Source of the DNA: Candidatus Woesearchaeota archaeon | GTDB lineage: Archaea > Nanobdellota > Nanobdellia > Woesearchaeales > UBA10216 | Length of the DNA stretch: 64,000 nucleotides | Assembly: GCA_016184345.1 (NCBI GenBank) | Contig: JACPCV010000006.1 | Coordinates: 128,065-192,064 of the forward strand | Reading direction: 5' to 3' | Part shown: piece by piece, positions 1 to 9,222 of the stretch | How positions within the stretch are numbered: the stretch's first letter is position 1 | Layout: each line of letters opens with the position of its first letter | Position numbers and translations under genes: made by a program | The notes under the pieces: generated by a model | Database searches by the model: none | What the model was told of the DNA's origin: nothing | The model's input: the letters and a program-made list of their open reading frames with translations, nothing else

Positions 1-753
1 ATAGTTGTATTGCGTGTTGCCCAGTATTATGCCTGCAATGAATGCCCCGATTGCAAGGGAATAATCCAGGAAGGCAGCCCATGCAGCGAAAAGCATGCAT
101 ACTGAAAGCGCGAATATGAAAAGCAGCTCCTTTGAGGTTACCGCATACTTCATTACCTTGTTCAGGACATAGGCAGCCGCTATCGCGCTAAGGATTAACA
201 CAGCGCCCTTTCCAACTACCAGTGCAAGTGCAGCCGGGGTGAAGCTGCTTACTGTGGCCAGCAGCACCATTGCGAAGACTGCAAGGAGGTCCTGGACTAT
301 CAGGATGCCTAGCACGAGCTCGCCGTGGAGCGAGTCCAGCTCGTTCTTGTCCGAGAGCAGCTTTACCACTACCATTGTGCTTGAGAAAGCCACAATCAGT
401 CCGATGTATACTGCCTGGAGCGGGGAAAAGCCGACGGCTGTTGCTAGGAAGTAGCTTATCACCGTTGTTGCTATGACCTGGAAGAAGCCGACAAAAACAG
501 GCGAAAGCCCAAGCTGCTTCACCCTTTTCAGGTCAAGCTCTATGCCTATTATGAACAGCAGCAGGGCAATCCCGATTTCTGAGAAGTTGGCAATGGCTGC
601 CGTATCCTTGACAATTCCAAGGACCGGCCCTATCAGGAGCCCGGCCACGATATACCCCAGAATGGTTGGTTGCTTCAGCATGTTGAAAGCAACAGCCAGC
701 AGGGTCGCAGCTGCCACAGCAATGCCAATGTCGTAAAACAAAGAATAACTCAT
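1..753 (-). CDS. Cation:proton antiporter (CPA2/Kef-like Na+/H+ exchanger family), N-terminal part; 3' end runs off the window
   Basis: Absent from the ORF track because it is open at the window edge. Reading the minus strand from ATG (751-753) gives MSYSLFYDIGIAVAAATLLAVAFNMLKQPTILGYIVAGLLIGP...EIGIALLLFIIGIELDL, a multi-TM pattern typical of Na_H exchanger proteins. Plus-strand ORFs 239-736 are antisense shadows. Confidence 0.7.
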   Translation of the reverse strand, partial: MSYSLFYDIGIAVAAATLLAVAFNMLKQPTILGYIVAGLLIGPVLGIVKDTAAIANFSEIGIALLLFIIGIELDLKRVKQLGLSPVFVGFFQVIATTVISYFLATAVGFSPLQAVYIGLIVAFSSTMVVVKLLSDKNELDSLHGELVLGILIVQDLLAVFAMVLLATVSSFTPAALALVVGKGAVLILSAIAAAYVLNKVMKYAVTSKELLFIFALSVCMLFAAWAAFLDYSLAIGAFIAGIILGNTQYNY

Positions 754-887
754 TTTAGCCCCTTTTTCACGTTTTAATTCCGCAGCAGATTAAAAAACGT
801 TGCGGTTTCAGGCTGTGCGGCAGCAACACAGATAATAAGAGAAAGGATGGCAATGATAAATGCTTAACATTTAAACGCTTTCAAATA

Positions 888-1967
888 TCAGGCAAACTCT
901 ATCTTTTTTTGACTGGAATCAAGCTTCCATTCTCCAGAAAGCTTTAACGCGGCATATCCTCTTTTCTGCATAAATGGCGTTAGCTCGGTTTCAGAAGGAA
1001 ATTCAAATTCAAACTCTCTTTGCAAATCCGCTAACAGCGACTTCCCAAGATTTGCCCTATATTTATCTGAAAAGCAAGTTTTGTACCAGCACTCTAGATC
1101 TGAAATTGTGATTATTCCCTGTATTCGGCCGCCTACCGGGAGTTGGCTCATAACGCGTTCTATCAACTCGGATTCCCCATCTAGGCATACTAAGATTATC
1201 TTATCAGCGGCAATATTTTCCGACACATCCTCTGCGAGCTCTTCACTTAAAGATACATGTTTTACCTGCACGGCTGGACCGAAGTTAGTCCACATATCGA
1301 GACCGCTATCTGCTGCATTAGTGACTCCTACTCGGAATAGTTTTGCAGGCATCTTTATCGATGTCCTGTCTTTCGACAAACCCACTACCAATCTAACAAA
1401 TTTTTCAAAATCTGTTAAAATGCTCTTATTAACATTTCCCATGCTTAGCGTAACCTCCACTTTCAGTTCTTTCACAAGCGCACTGAACAGAGCGTAAACA
1501 GTTATTTCATAAGCTTTGTCAACGCTTCTTTTTAAGCCAGGATTGTTCTGGAATAAAGAAAGAAAATCCCTCAAATTAAACGTTTGAAGGCTTGAACGCT
1601 TTAGATATAACGATGCATCGCTAATCATCGCTAACCTCTCTTTAAGCTTATTGTAGATGTAACTTTCGACAATGCCTCCGTTTTTATTATTGAACTCTGC
1701 TAATTCTTTGAGCAATTTCGGCGGCATAGCGTTGGCGTCAAATATGTTATCTTGGAATTTTTGGGAAGATGTAGATATTCTCCCTACAAGAAGTTTACTC
1801 ACTTCATCGCGCCAGCGTTTGCTCGCATTTCGGTAAGATTCAACCTCAGAAATATTAAAATTGCTTTTAATTCTGTAGCGGTACAGAATTTCAGCTATCT
1901 GGATTGGTTTGTATAAGTGCACTCGGCTTATCGCTATTATCCGATCTAACGCTTCTTTACTTTTCAT
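888..1967 (-). CDS. Putative type II restriction endonuclease partner of the adjacent C5-methyltransferase (N-terminus reminiscent of HaeII-family enzymes; family assignment uncertain)
   Basis: 359-aa ORF whose start overlaps the methyltransferase stop by 11 nt (1957-1967). Same strand, AT-rich, no other recognisable domain. The ...SRVHLYKPIQIAEILY... N-terminus is recalled from HaeII-like REases but this is not verified. Confidence 0.45.
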   Translation of the reverse strand: MKSKEALDRIIAISRVHLYKPIQIAEILYRYRIKSNFNISEVESYRNASKRWRDEVSKLLVGRISTSSQKFQDNIFDANAMPPKLLKELAEFNNKNGGIVESYIYNKLKERLAMISDASLYLKRSSLQTFNLRDFLSLFQNNPGLKRSVDKAYEITVYALFSALVKELKVEVTLSMGNVNKSILTDFEKFVRLVVGLSKDRTSIKMPAKLFRVGVTNAADSGLDMWTNFGPAVQVKHVSLSEELAEDVSENIAADKIILVCLDGESELIERVMSQLPVGGRIQGIITISDLECWYKTCFSDKYRANLGKSLLADLQREFEFEFPSETELTPFMQKRGYAALKLSGEWKLDSSQKKIEFA

Positions 1968-2952
1968 TAGAAGTCATCACGTTTAATATCGTTTGCGCTT
2001 GATCTTCCGCAGTGATTATCCCAACACTCAATGGCTGCGCATTCATCGATATTATCATCTGTTTAGCTATTTCTCTAATCATTGGAACTGGAACGCTATT
2101 GCCTGCTTGTTTTCTAATCTGCTGATCAGAGACCGCTATTTTAAACTGTTCTGGAAATCCTTGTAACCTTAGAAGCTCCCGGGGAGTCGGCCGTCTTATC
2201 CCATCTACAAGAAGGTAATTATAAGAAGCGCCGGCTCTAATGGCGCATGAAAAATCATGTATTCCTATGTCCCCTGCCTTATTTTCGTGCCATATGGCTG
2301 GCTTTGGCACAATCTCCTCTTTGACCTTTTCCTGCCTTTTTTTAGTTATTTTGGCGGAAGCAAAATATTTCTTATCAACTTTGGAGTGATCTTCAATTAG
2401 CTCTGTTAGCGGAATTCTCTTTTTTACCGGTTTAGGGAAGAAGAACGGGCAGTTGTCTTTAAATCCTACAATGATTATTCTTTCTCGTTTTTGCGGCAAG
2501 CCGTAATCAAGCGCATTTAGCACTTTCCAATGAGTGTAGTATCCTAACGCGCTGAGTTTTTCCAATATAACTTTAAAGGTTTTATTATCGTCATGGCTTA
2601 CTAAGCGTTTTACGTTTTCTAACAAGAAAGCGTCTGGTTGTTTGTCTCTTAAAATTCGTTCTATCTCAAAAAAAAGAGTTCCGCGCGTATCAGCAAATCC
2701 CATCCCCTTCCCTATTATGCTAAACGATTGGCAAGGGAAACCCGCTAAAAGGATATTATGTTCAGGTATTTCTTCAGAAGGAATCCTTGTGATATCCCCT
2801 TTCGGTCTCTCTCCAAAGTTGGCTTCGTAAGTGTCTTGAGCGTATTCATCTATTTCTGAAGATAATACGCACTTTCCGCCTAGCTCCTCAAAAGGAATTC
2901 TTAGCCCGCCGATGCCGGCAAACAGGTCTATAAAGGTAAAGCTCTTTTTCAT
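1957..2952 (-). CDS. DNA (cytosine-5)-methyltransferase
   Basis: Canonical C5-MTase motifs: FIDLFAGIGG (motif I), GFPCQSFS (motif IV, catalytic Cys), ENV (VI), QKRER (VIII), GNSVPVP (X). Confidence 0.92.
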   Translation of the reverse strand: MKKSFTFIDLFAGIGGLRIPFEELGGKCVLSSEIDEYAQDTYEANFGERPKGDITRIPSEEIPEHNILLAGFPCQSFSIIGKGMGFADTRGTLFFEIERILRDKQPDAFLLENVKRLVSHDDNKTFKVILEKLSALGYYTHWKVLNALDYGLPQKRERIIIVGFKDNCPFFFPKPVKKRIPLTELIEDHSKVDKKYFASAKITKKRQEKVKEEIVPKPAIWHENKAGDIGIHDFSCAIRAGASYNYLLVDGIRRPTPRELLRLQGFPEQFKIAVSDQQIRKQAGNSVPVPMIREIAKQMIISMNAQPLSVGIITAEDQAQTILNVMTSNEK

Positions 2953-3001
2953 AAGCTATTTATATTGAACTGCCTTTATTAAATTTGTGCTTTGGGGCAA
3001 G

Positions 3002-3406
3002 ATGACAGACACTTTTACTCAAAAACAGCGCAGTTATATCATGTCTAGGATAAAAGCCGCTAATACCGCTCCTGAATTGTTTTTAAGAAAACTACTTCGT
3101 TCTAAAGGCATAAGATACAGATTGCATTACAAGCTTATTGGCAAACCAGATGTCGTAGTGGCATCTAAGAAGCTCGCAATCTTTATTGATGGATGTTTTT
3201 GGCATGGATGCAGGAAGTGTCTTCGATTGCCAAGAACAAATAAGCCTTATTGGATAGCAAAGATAAAAAGAAATGTAAATCGCGCTAAAATAGTCAACAA
3301 GAAGCTAAAATCAGAAGGATGGAAAGTAATGCGAATTTGGGAGCATGAACTTAAGCAAAGTGCGACGCCTTCTGTTAAGAAAGTTGAGAAGTTCTTTGAA
3401 AAATAG
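3002..3406 (+). CDS. vsr: Very short patch repair endonuclease (Vsr)
   Basis: SYIMSRIKAANTAPE...GIRYRLH...GKPDVV...AIFIDGCFWHGC... matches the Vsr family. Divergent from the C5-MTase, the classic dcm-vsr pairing. ATG at 3002 is preferred over the track's GTG at 2987. Confidence 0.85.
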   Translation: MTDTFTQKQRSYIMSRIKAANTAPELFLRKLLRSKGIRYRLHYKLIGKPDVVVASKKLAIFIDGCFWHGCRKCLRLPRTNKPYWIAKIKRNVNRAKIVNKKLKSEGWKVMRIWEHELKQSATPSVKKVEKFFEK

Positions 3407-3444
3407 GCTAAAACTATTTAAACCGCCCAGTCAGCATTCTCACC

Positions 3445-5307
3445 ATGAAATACTCCGAGCTTGTTGAGCTGTACGAGAGGCTTGACAGCACGACAAAGCG
3501 GCTTGAAAAGACCTATTACCTGTCAGAATTCCTAAAAAAAACCGCTGCTGATGATATTGAGCAGGTAATACTGCTGGTTCAGGGCAGGGTTTTTCCATCT
3601 TACGATGAGCGCGAGATTGGAGTGGCGAACCAGCTAGTTGTGAAAGCTATTAATATTGCTTCCGGCACAGAAACAGAGAAGATAGAGAAAGAGTGGGCAA
3701 AGACAGGTGACCTTGGCAAAGTAGCAGAATCATTAATCAAGGGAAAAAAGCAGTCAACACTAGCTGCAACAGAGCTGACTGTAAAGAAAGTGTTTGATAA
3801 CATCAGGAAGCTTACCGAATTGACAGGCCATGGCAGCGTTGGCAGGAAGCTGCAGCTCATAGCTGAGCTCCTTAGCTCGGCAAAAGGCGCTGAGGCAAGG
3901 TACATTACCAGGACTATCCTTGGCCAGCTAAGGGTTGGCACAGGAGCAGGCATACTCCGGGATGCCATTGCCTGGGCATACTTCCCAAAAGCAGTTGAGA
4001 AGGTCTTCGTAAAATGCGGCAGCTGCCGCAGCACAGTTCCGCCTGCTGATTCCTGCGTTGAATGTAACAAGCCGTTGGAAAAAGAAGCGAGGAAAGCAGG
4101 AACAGCAGCAGAAGGGAAGGAGGAAAACACTGCAGCAAGGGACGAGTACAACACAATTCTTGACAGGATACAGCAGGCCTACGACCTTACGAACGACTTT
4201 GGTGTTGTTGCCAGGAAAGCAAAAACCGAAGGCGTCAAGGGCCTTGAAACTGTAGAGATAAGGATTGGCACCCCAATAAAGGTCATGCTTGCATTAAAAT
4301 CAGAGACAGTTGAAGAAGCACTGGAGACAGTCGGGAAACCTGCCCAGTGCGAGTACAAGTATGATGGATTCAGGTTGGAGTGCCACCGCCTTGGCGACAA
4401 AATTTGGCTTTACACCAGAAGGCTGGAAAACGTTACCCGCCAGTTCCCTGATGTGGTTGAATGCCTGAAGAAATACGTGAAGGCAGACAACTACATTCTT
4501 GATGCTGAAGCAGTTGGCTATGACCCGAAGACGCAAAAGTATGTCCCGTTCCAGAACATCTCCCAAAGAATAAAGAGGAAATATGAGATAGAAAAGATGG
4601 CGGAGGAGCTTCCTGTTGAAGTAAACGTGTTTGACATCCTGTGCTACGAAGGCAGGAACCTGGTGAGCCAGCCGTTCAGGAAAAGGCGGGAGCTGATTGA
4701 GAAGATTGTGAGGAGCGCTGAGCGGAAGATTGTCGTTTCAAAAGCTATTGTAACAGGCAATGAAGCTGAGATTGAAAAATTCTTCAAACAAGCAAAGGCA
4801 GGCGGCACTGAAGGCCTAATGATTAAGGCGCTTGACGCGCCTTACCAGCCCGGAGCCCGAGTCGGTTATATGCTGAAATTCAAAAAAGTCATGGAAAACC
4901 TTGACCTTGCAGTTGTTGCTGCTGAGTGGGGCGAAGGCAAGCGCGCAAAGTGGCTGAGCAGCTACTACCTCGCCTGCAGGGATGACAGCGGGAAGTTGCT
5001 TGAAATCGGGAAGGTTTCCACGGGCCTGAAGGAAAAGAGGGAGGAAGGTCTCAGCTTTGATGAAGTGACAGAGATGCTGAAGCCGCTTATTGTTGAGGAA
5101 ACCGGCCGCCTAGTTAAAGTCAGACCGAAAATCGTAATTGAAGTTGCCTACGAGGAAATCCAGAAGAGCCCAACATACGAGTCAGGATACGCGCTGCGCT
5201 TCCCAAGGGTAATCCGCAACAGGAGCGATGAGAAAGGCATTGGCGACATAAACACGCTGCAGGACGTTGAACGATTGTACCGGCAGCAGAAGAGGCAGAA
5301 GGCGTGA
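3445..5307 (+). CDS. lig: ATP-dependent DNA ligase (archaeal Lig1-type) with an inserted CxxC...CxxC segment in the N-terminal DNA-binding domain
   Basis: Adenylation motif CEYKYDGFR (KxDG), EGLMIK, LKFKK, and an OB-fold tail with FPRVIR. 620 aa. Confidence 0.92.
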   Translation: MKYSELVELYERLDSTTKRLEKTYYLSEFLKKTAADDIEQVILLVQGRVFPSYDEREIGVANQLVVKAINIASGTETEKIEKEWAKTGDLGKVAESLIKGKKQSTLAATELTVKKVFDNIRKLTELTGHGSVGRKLQLIAELLSSAKGAEARYITRTILGQLRVGTGAGILRDAIAWAYFPKAVEKVFVKCGSCRSTVPPADSCVECNKPLEKEARKAGTAAEGKEENTAARDEYNTILDRIQQAYDLTNDFGVVARKAKTEGVKGLETVEIRIGTPIKVMLALKSETVEEALETVGKPAQCEYKYDGFRLECHRLGDKIWLYTRRLENVTRQFPDVVECLKKYVKADNYILDAEAVGYDPKTQKYVPFQNISQRIKRKYEIEKMAEELPVEVNVFDILCYEGRNLVSQPFRKRRELIEKIVRSAERKIVVSKAIVTGNEAEIEKFFKQAKAGGTEGLMIKALDAPYQPGARVGYMLKFKKVMENLDLAVVAAEWGEGKRAKWLSSYYLACRDDSGKLLEIGKVSTGLKEKREEGLSFDEVTEMLKPLIVEETGRLVKVRPKIVIEVAYEEIQKSPTYESGYALRFPRVIRNRSDEKGIGDINTLQDVERLYRQQKRQKA

Positions 5308-5382
5308 CTTACGGATTGAAACAAGGTTTTTGCAAAAAGATTATAAAGAGAACAATCAATGCATTGACAGGAGTGACTGCGC

Positions 5383-5775
5383 ATGGCTGACATTGGAGAG
5401 GTCGTAAGAGACACAATAACCCAGAGCAAAAATGGTTTCCCCATAGAATATGCATTGGATAAAACTTCCGGCCTAAATCGGGTCATTAGGAATGCAGAAC
5501 CTCTCGCGGCACAATTAGGCAGAAGGTATGAGTGTGCTGAGAGATTCGTAATTATGCTTGATGGCGTGGAGACAGGAGTATCCTTAAGTGGCAAGGTTAA
5601 AACTGATAGCGGTGCAGAAGTATACATGGGTTGCGGGTCTAGTGTGCTTTGTACCAAAGCTTCAGGAGGGGCTATCACTAAGGATGTTCCACCCGACGTA
5701 GTGGCTGGCGCTCCTTACTGCTGCGAAAAACCCATGTTGCTAATGAATCCAAAGCCGTTGCCATCGTCAGACTAG
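5383..5775 (+). CDS. Hypothetical protein (130 aa)
   Basis: Only plausible ORF in the lig-msrB spacer. Balanced composition, but no recognisable motif and no clear SD. Confidence 0.3.
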   Translation: MADIGEVVRDTITQSKNGFPIEYALDKTSGLNRVIRNAEPLAAQLGRRYECAERFVIMLDGVETGVSLSGKVKTDSGAEVYMGCGSSVLCTKASGGAITKDVPPDVVAGAPYCCEKPMLLMNPKPLPSSD

Positions 5776-5858
5776 CTTATCCATCATTCGTTTTTATTGT
5801 TCTTTCAATGTTTTTGAGTGGGTTGATGAGGTAAGCCCTTCCAGAAGCTTCTTTTAGA

Positions 5859-6245
5859 ATGATTCCAAAAACAGAATCCGAATGGCGAAAGAAACTCACG
5901 CCAGAGCAATACCGCATCGTGCGCGAGAGAGGAACAGAGCTTCCTTTTACAGGCAGGTACGACTGGTTCTTCGACAAGGGCAGTTACCGCTGTGCGGCTT
6001 GCGGCAATGTCCTGTTCAGTTCAGAAACAAAGTACGATTCAGGCTGCGGCTGGCCCGCGTTCTTTGAAGCAAACAAGGGCAGCATCGCAACAAAAGACGA
6101 CTACTCTTTTGGCATGCACCGCATCGAAGTCATGTGCAAGCGCTGCGGCTCTCACCTCGGCCATGTCTTCAATGACGGCCCAAAGGCAAAGGGCGGGAAG
6201 AGGTACTGCATTAACTCGCTGGCGCTCAGTTTTGAGAAGAGATGA
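5859..6245 (+). CDS. msrB: Peptide-methionine (R)-S-oxide reductase MsrB
   Basis: SelR signature: two CxxC pairs ([18 protein letters not shown]) and RYCINS near the C-terminus. Confidence 0.9.
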   Translation: MIPKTESEWRKKLTPEQYRIVRERGTELPFTGRYDWFFDKGSYRCAACGNVLFSSETKYDSGCGWPAFFEANKGSIATKDDYSFGMHRIEVMCKRCGSHLGHVFNDGPKAKGGKRYCINSLALSFEKR

Positions 6246-6249
6246 GTAT

Positions 6250-6555
6250 CTAAAGCATCTCTTCAGCTGTTTTCAAGCCCTCGAGGTAGTCTTCCATTGT
6301 TATATTGCTTTCTATCTTAAGTTCCGCAAATAAGTCAATAGTTTCTGATATGCTTAAGCCGGCAATTTCTGCAGCTTTGCCTATGGATATTTTCCCTTCC
6401 TTATACTGCTTAATCGCAAAATAAATTTTTCCAAGCTCGACCAATTCCCTGACAGTTGTAGATTTGTCTTTTTTCATTGCAGCCGAAAGTTGTTCAACTA
6501 TTTTAATGTCTTCCTTAGGCAGTCTTACCGTCATCACGCTACTCATTCTTTTCAT
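6250..6555 (-). CDS. UPF0175-family antitoxin-like protein
   Basis: 101 aa ending ...ISIGKAAEIAGLSISETIDLFAELKI..., typical of UPF0175. Overlaps the downstream end of the PIN-like gene by 17 nt. Confidence 0.65.
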   Translation of the reverse strand: MKRMSSVMTVRLPKEDIKIVEQLSAAMKKDKSTTVRELVELGKIYFAIKQYKEGKISIGKAAEIAGLSISETIDLFAELKIESNITMEDYLEGLKTAEEML

Positions 6556-7045
6556 ATTCCAGTTCCTCCTTCATTTTTTGAATCAGATTCCTGGCGTATC
6601 TGCCAAATTTCTTTAAATTGCTAAAGTACGCATTGGCTTCATCATTCATTATTAGTTTTTTACTATGAAGCCTTATGAGCAATCTTCCTGCTGTGGTGAA
6701 CTTTATGCCAAGTATCCTACAAGCGTTGATGGCCTTCTTGTCATCGGTTATCAGACTTGCCTTTTTCTCAAGGCAGAGAGTTATAGCTTCGGCTTCTCCT
6801 TCGCCGAAATTGAAATCTGCCTTAATCTTTTGACAAAGCCTGACATCTGCTATCTTTTCTTTTGCTATGACTTTTTTCTCAACCCTCTGCTTAATGAGTT
6901 TTGCATCCCAAGCTTCTTCTTTAGCTGTGCTCTCCTCATATATCTTCTCGCTTATTGTTGGCGTTTCTTTAAGATTTGTTATTACCTTGTCCAAAATCCC
7001 GATCTTGGCCAGCAGTATTAATGATGAGCTGTCGATAACAATCAT
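6539..7045 (-). CDS. PIN-like (DUF3368-type) nucleic-acid-binding toxin-like protein
   Basis: MIVIDSSSLILLAKIGILDKV... N-terminus with an acidic Asp, and ...SLITDDKKAINACRILGI.... This is the usual partner of UPF0175 proteins. Confidence 0.65.
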   Translation of the reverse strand: MIVIDSSSLILLAKIGILDKVITNLKETPTISEKIYEESTAKEEAWDAKLIKQRVEKKVIAKEKIADVRLCQKIKADFNFGEGEAEAITLCLEKKASLITDDKKAINACRILGIKFTTAGRLLIRLHSKKLIMNDEANAYFSNLKKFGRYARNLIQKMKEELEYEKNE

Positions 7046-7122
7046 GTAGTATGATGTATTACATTCGTATTATATAAACTTTTCGGTTTAGCCTTACAAT
7101 GAAACCAAATGCCAACAGGAAA

Positions 7123-7168
7123 GTGGTACTGCATTAATTCGCTGGCGCTGAAGTTTGAGAAGAAATGA
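7123..7168 (+). pseudogene. Orphan duplicate of the msrB 3' end (last ~14 codons plus stop)
   Basis: tggtactgcattaattcgctggcgctgaagtttgagaagaaatga aligns with 6201-6245 (aggtactgcattaactcgctggcgctcagttttgagaagagatga). It encodes [14 protein letters not shown] versus [14 protein letters not shown]. Confidence 0.75.
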
Positions 7169-7404
7169 AAATCACTTATTTAATTCATCAATCGGCTTTT
7201 TTACCTCAGTTATGCTCTGATTATAAACCTGCTCTTGTGTTTTTAATATCAAGTTAAGCACTAACCATACAGATCCTCCAGCTATAACAGGGAGTGTGAA
7301 TAATAAAAATAGCAAATAAAGTTCCTTTAGTGGAAACGGTAGAATTGAAGAGGCCCCAACAATACCACTAAGAAGGTTGCCAAAGTAGTTCCCATAGAAT
7401 TTGT

Positions 7405-7542
7405 TTATACTGGGGTTGCTAGAACAAAAGTAACAAAGGCAGCGAGTATAGAGACGGCTAATTTCAAGACCGTGTTATCTTTTCTAAATTTAAACTCTAT
7501 TAACTTCAGTTTTAAATCCAACATTTTCTCAGTTTTATCCAT
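7405..7542 (-). CDS. Small membrane protein (45 aa), hypothetical
   Basis: ATG 2 nt after the DHH gene stop, preceded by GGGGAG. MDKTEKMLDLKLKLIEFKFRKDNTVLKLAVSILAAFVTFVLATPV has one TM helix. Downstream (7172-7400) there are further TM-like reading frames broken by stops. Confidence 0.35.
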   Translation of the reverse strand: MDKTEKMLDLKLKLIEFKFRKDNTVLKLAVSILAAFVTFVLATPV

Positions 7543-7543
7543 C

Positions 7544-8605
7544 TCAAAACTCCCCCTTAAACTTCTCAATAAACCTTTCAAAGTCTTTCTTGTTGACTGA
7601 GCCGCCTGATGCGTTCTCATGCCCTCCGCCGTAGCCGTCAATCCCGACTAAAGCTTTTTGGAGTGCTGGCAGCACTGGCACGTTCCTTGCCCTGAAGCTG
7701 AGCATGTAGTAGTCCTGCCTTTCCCTGCCAACCACAAGGATTCTGTCAGGGTATAAGAAGAGAAGCTCATTGGCCAAATCCCCGCTGAAGCTCTGCTTGC
7801 CTTTGTAAGTGAAGATGAGGAATTTTTTGTCCTTGCTGCGCTCAGCCGCTTCCTTCGCATCTGCAAGGAGTTTCTCGTAGTCAGAATTTATCTTTTTGAA
7901 CTGGCGGTAGATGAACTTGCCGGGGCTTGTTGTCATGTTGAGTATCTCGTAAGGATCAGACACCTTTTCAAGGGCTCGGATGCATGCCATTGCCTCTGAT
8001 GTCGGGCCTTTGAGCATGAATGAAAATATCCTTCCGAGCTTTCCTATGTCTGTTGTGAAGAGCGCTTCCTCTGCTGTCATGGGCTTTGGCAGCAGCTGCG
8101 GGTATGCCTTTGTGAATTCGCCTGCAAATTCAGGCATGTGCCAGTCGCTTACTATACCTGCCATTGCCAGCCAGAAGTCGCTCCTGCTGGTTTCCTCAAC
8201 TGTTTTCCAACATAGGTAGCTTGCCGGAGGATTGTCAAGGTGCGAGCGCAGCCTTGGGTTGAAGTATTTTACCCCAGACAGCTTGACTAGCTGGTGGTGG
8301 TCTATCCAGACTACGTTTTTGACACCGAAGGTTTCGCTTTTTACCGTGTCAACGAAGGACTGCTGCATAAGCGCAACATCCAGGACAAAGATTGTATCAG
8401 GCTTGTTGCTTTTCACCGCGGCCAGGAACCTGTCATTGACGTTCGGTTCAGCTTTGACCATCATGCCGTAGCCCCTGCCAATGAAGCGCTTCAGCAGGAG
8501 GAAGGAAGTCAGCCCGTCAGGGTCATCGTGGAACAGGAAGAACGGCTTTTCAGCAGCTTTGAGCTCATCCCTTATTGTTTCATGCTCTTTTGACGTTAAT
8601 CCCAT
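7544..8605 (-). CDS. DHH/DHHA1-family phosphoesterase (RecJ/GAN-like)
   Basis: FFLFHDDPDGLTS (DHH N-terminal motifs), VWIDHHQ (DHH), GGGHENASGG (DHHA1). The internal ATG at 8605 (MGLTSKEH...) is preferred over the track start at 8905, whose N-terminal 100 aa look non-coding. Confidence 0.8.
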   Translation of the reverse strand: MGLTSKEHETIRDELKAAEKPFFLFHDDPDGLTSFLLLKRFIGRGYGMMVKAEPNVNDRFLAAVKSNKPDTIFVLDVALMQQSFVDTVKSETFGVKNVVWIDHHQLVKLSGVKYFNPRLRSHLDNPPASYLCWKTVEETSRSDFWLAMAGIVSDWHMPEFAGEFTKAYPQLLPKPMTAEEALFTTDIGKLGRIFSFMLKGPTSEAMACIRALEKVSDPYEILNMTTSPGKFIYRQFKKINSDYEKLLADAKEAAERSKDKKFLIFTYKGKQSFSGDLANELLFLYPDRILVVGRERQDYYMLSFRARNVPVLPALQKALVGIDGYGGGHENASGGSVNKKDFERFIEKFKGEF

Positions 8606-8774
8606 CTCCAGCTGCTTATTTGGGCCAGTATTAAATAATTTCCATCCGCAGAAGAGTTGGCCAATGCCTTGAATAGCTATAGCAGTATAGGTAAGCGTAA
8701 TCTTTATATAGTGGTATTTGGCTCTATGCACTGTTGGGGTGGACTGCAGAGGGGAGTCTGCGGGATGAGCTGTT

Positions 8775-9197
8775 ATGGTAATACTATTTGACCAGTTCCA
8801 TTTGCCAGAGGATATCTTTGAGGTAGTCTTTGCTACGACCCAGCAGAAGATAGTTGCTAAAGTTCTGATAAAGACCATGAAGGACAAGAACGGCGAAATC
8901 AACAAGACAGAGATGTCTTTTTTCGCGACAAAGCTTCACGATGGCCAGATGGTTACCGAGATTGACGAGCCGGGCTATGAGGGCAAGAAGGTCAAGCTTT
9001 CCTACAACAAGCGCCAGTTCTACGACCGCATCCTGACTCCCATGAAGAGCATGGGCATGATTGACTATGACCTTTACAAGAAGACTTACAAGCTTTCTGA
9101 TGCCTTCAACAAGGAGCTTATCAAGATTGGCCTTCTTTGGCTGCGCGAGCTGAAGAGGCCTGCATCGGAATTCAGGATTAAGGAGTCAAGGTCATAA
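8775..9197 (+). CDS. Hypothetical protein (140 aa)
   Basis: Clean ORF divergent from the DHH gene, with lysine-rich balanced composition. No motif recognised. Confidence 0.45.
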   Translation: MVILFDQFHLPEDIFEVVFATTQQKIVAKVLIKTMKDKNGEINKTEMSFFATKLHDGQMVTEIDEPGYEGKKVKLSYNKRQFYDRILTPMKSMGMIDYDLYKKTYKLSDAFNKELIKIGLLWLRELKRPASEFRIKESRS

Positions 9198-9222
9198 ATC
9201 TTCATCGGTAAAAGAGGCTGAA

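Noticed and set aside
239-736. Three plus-strand ORFs (71, 68, 87 aa).
   Set aside because: They lie antisense to a much better minus-strand membrane-transporter frame that runs to the window edge. Their composition is Ser/Arg/Pro-rich, as expected for shadow ORFs.
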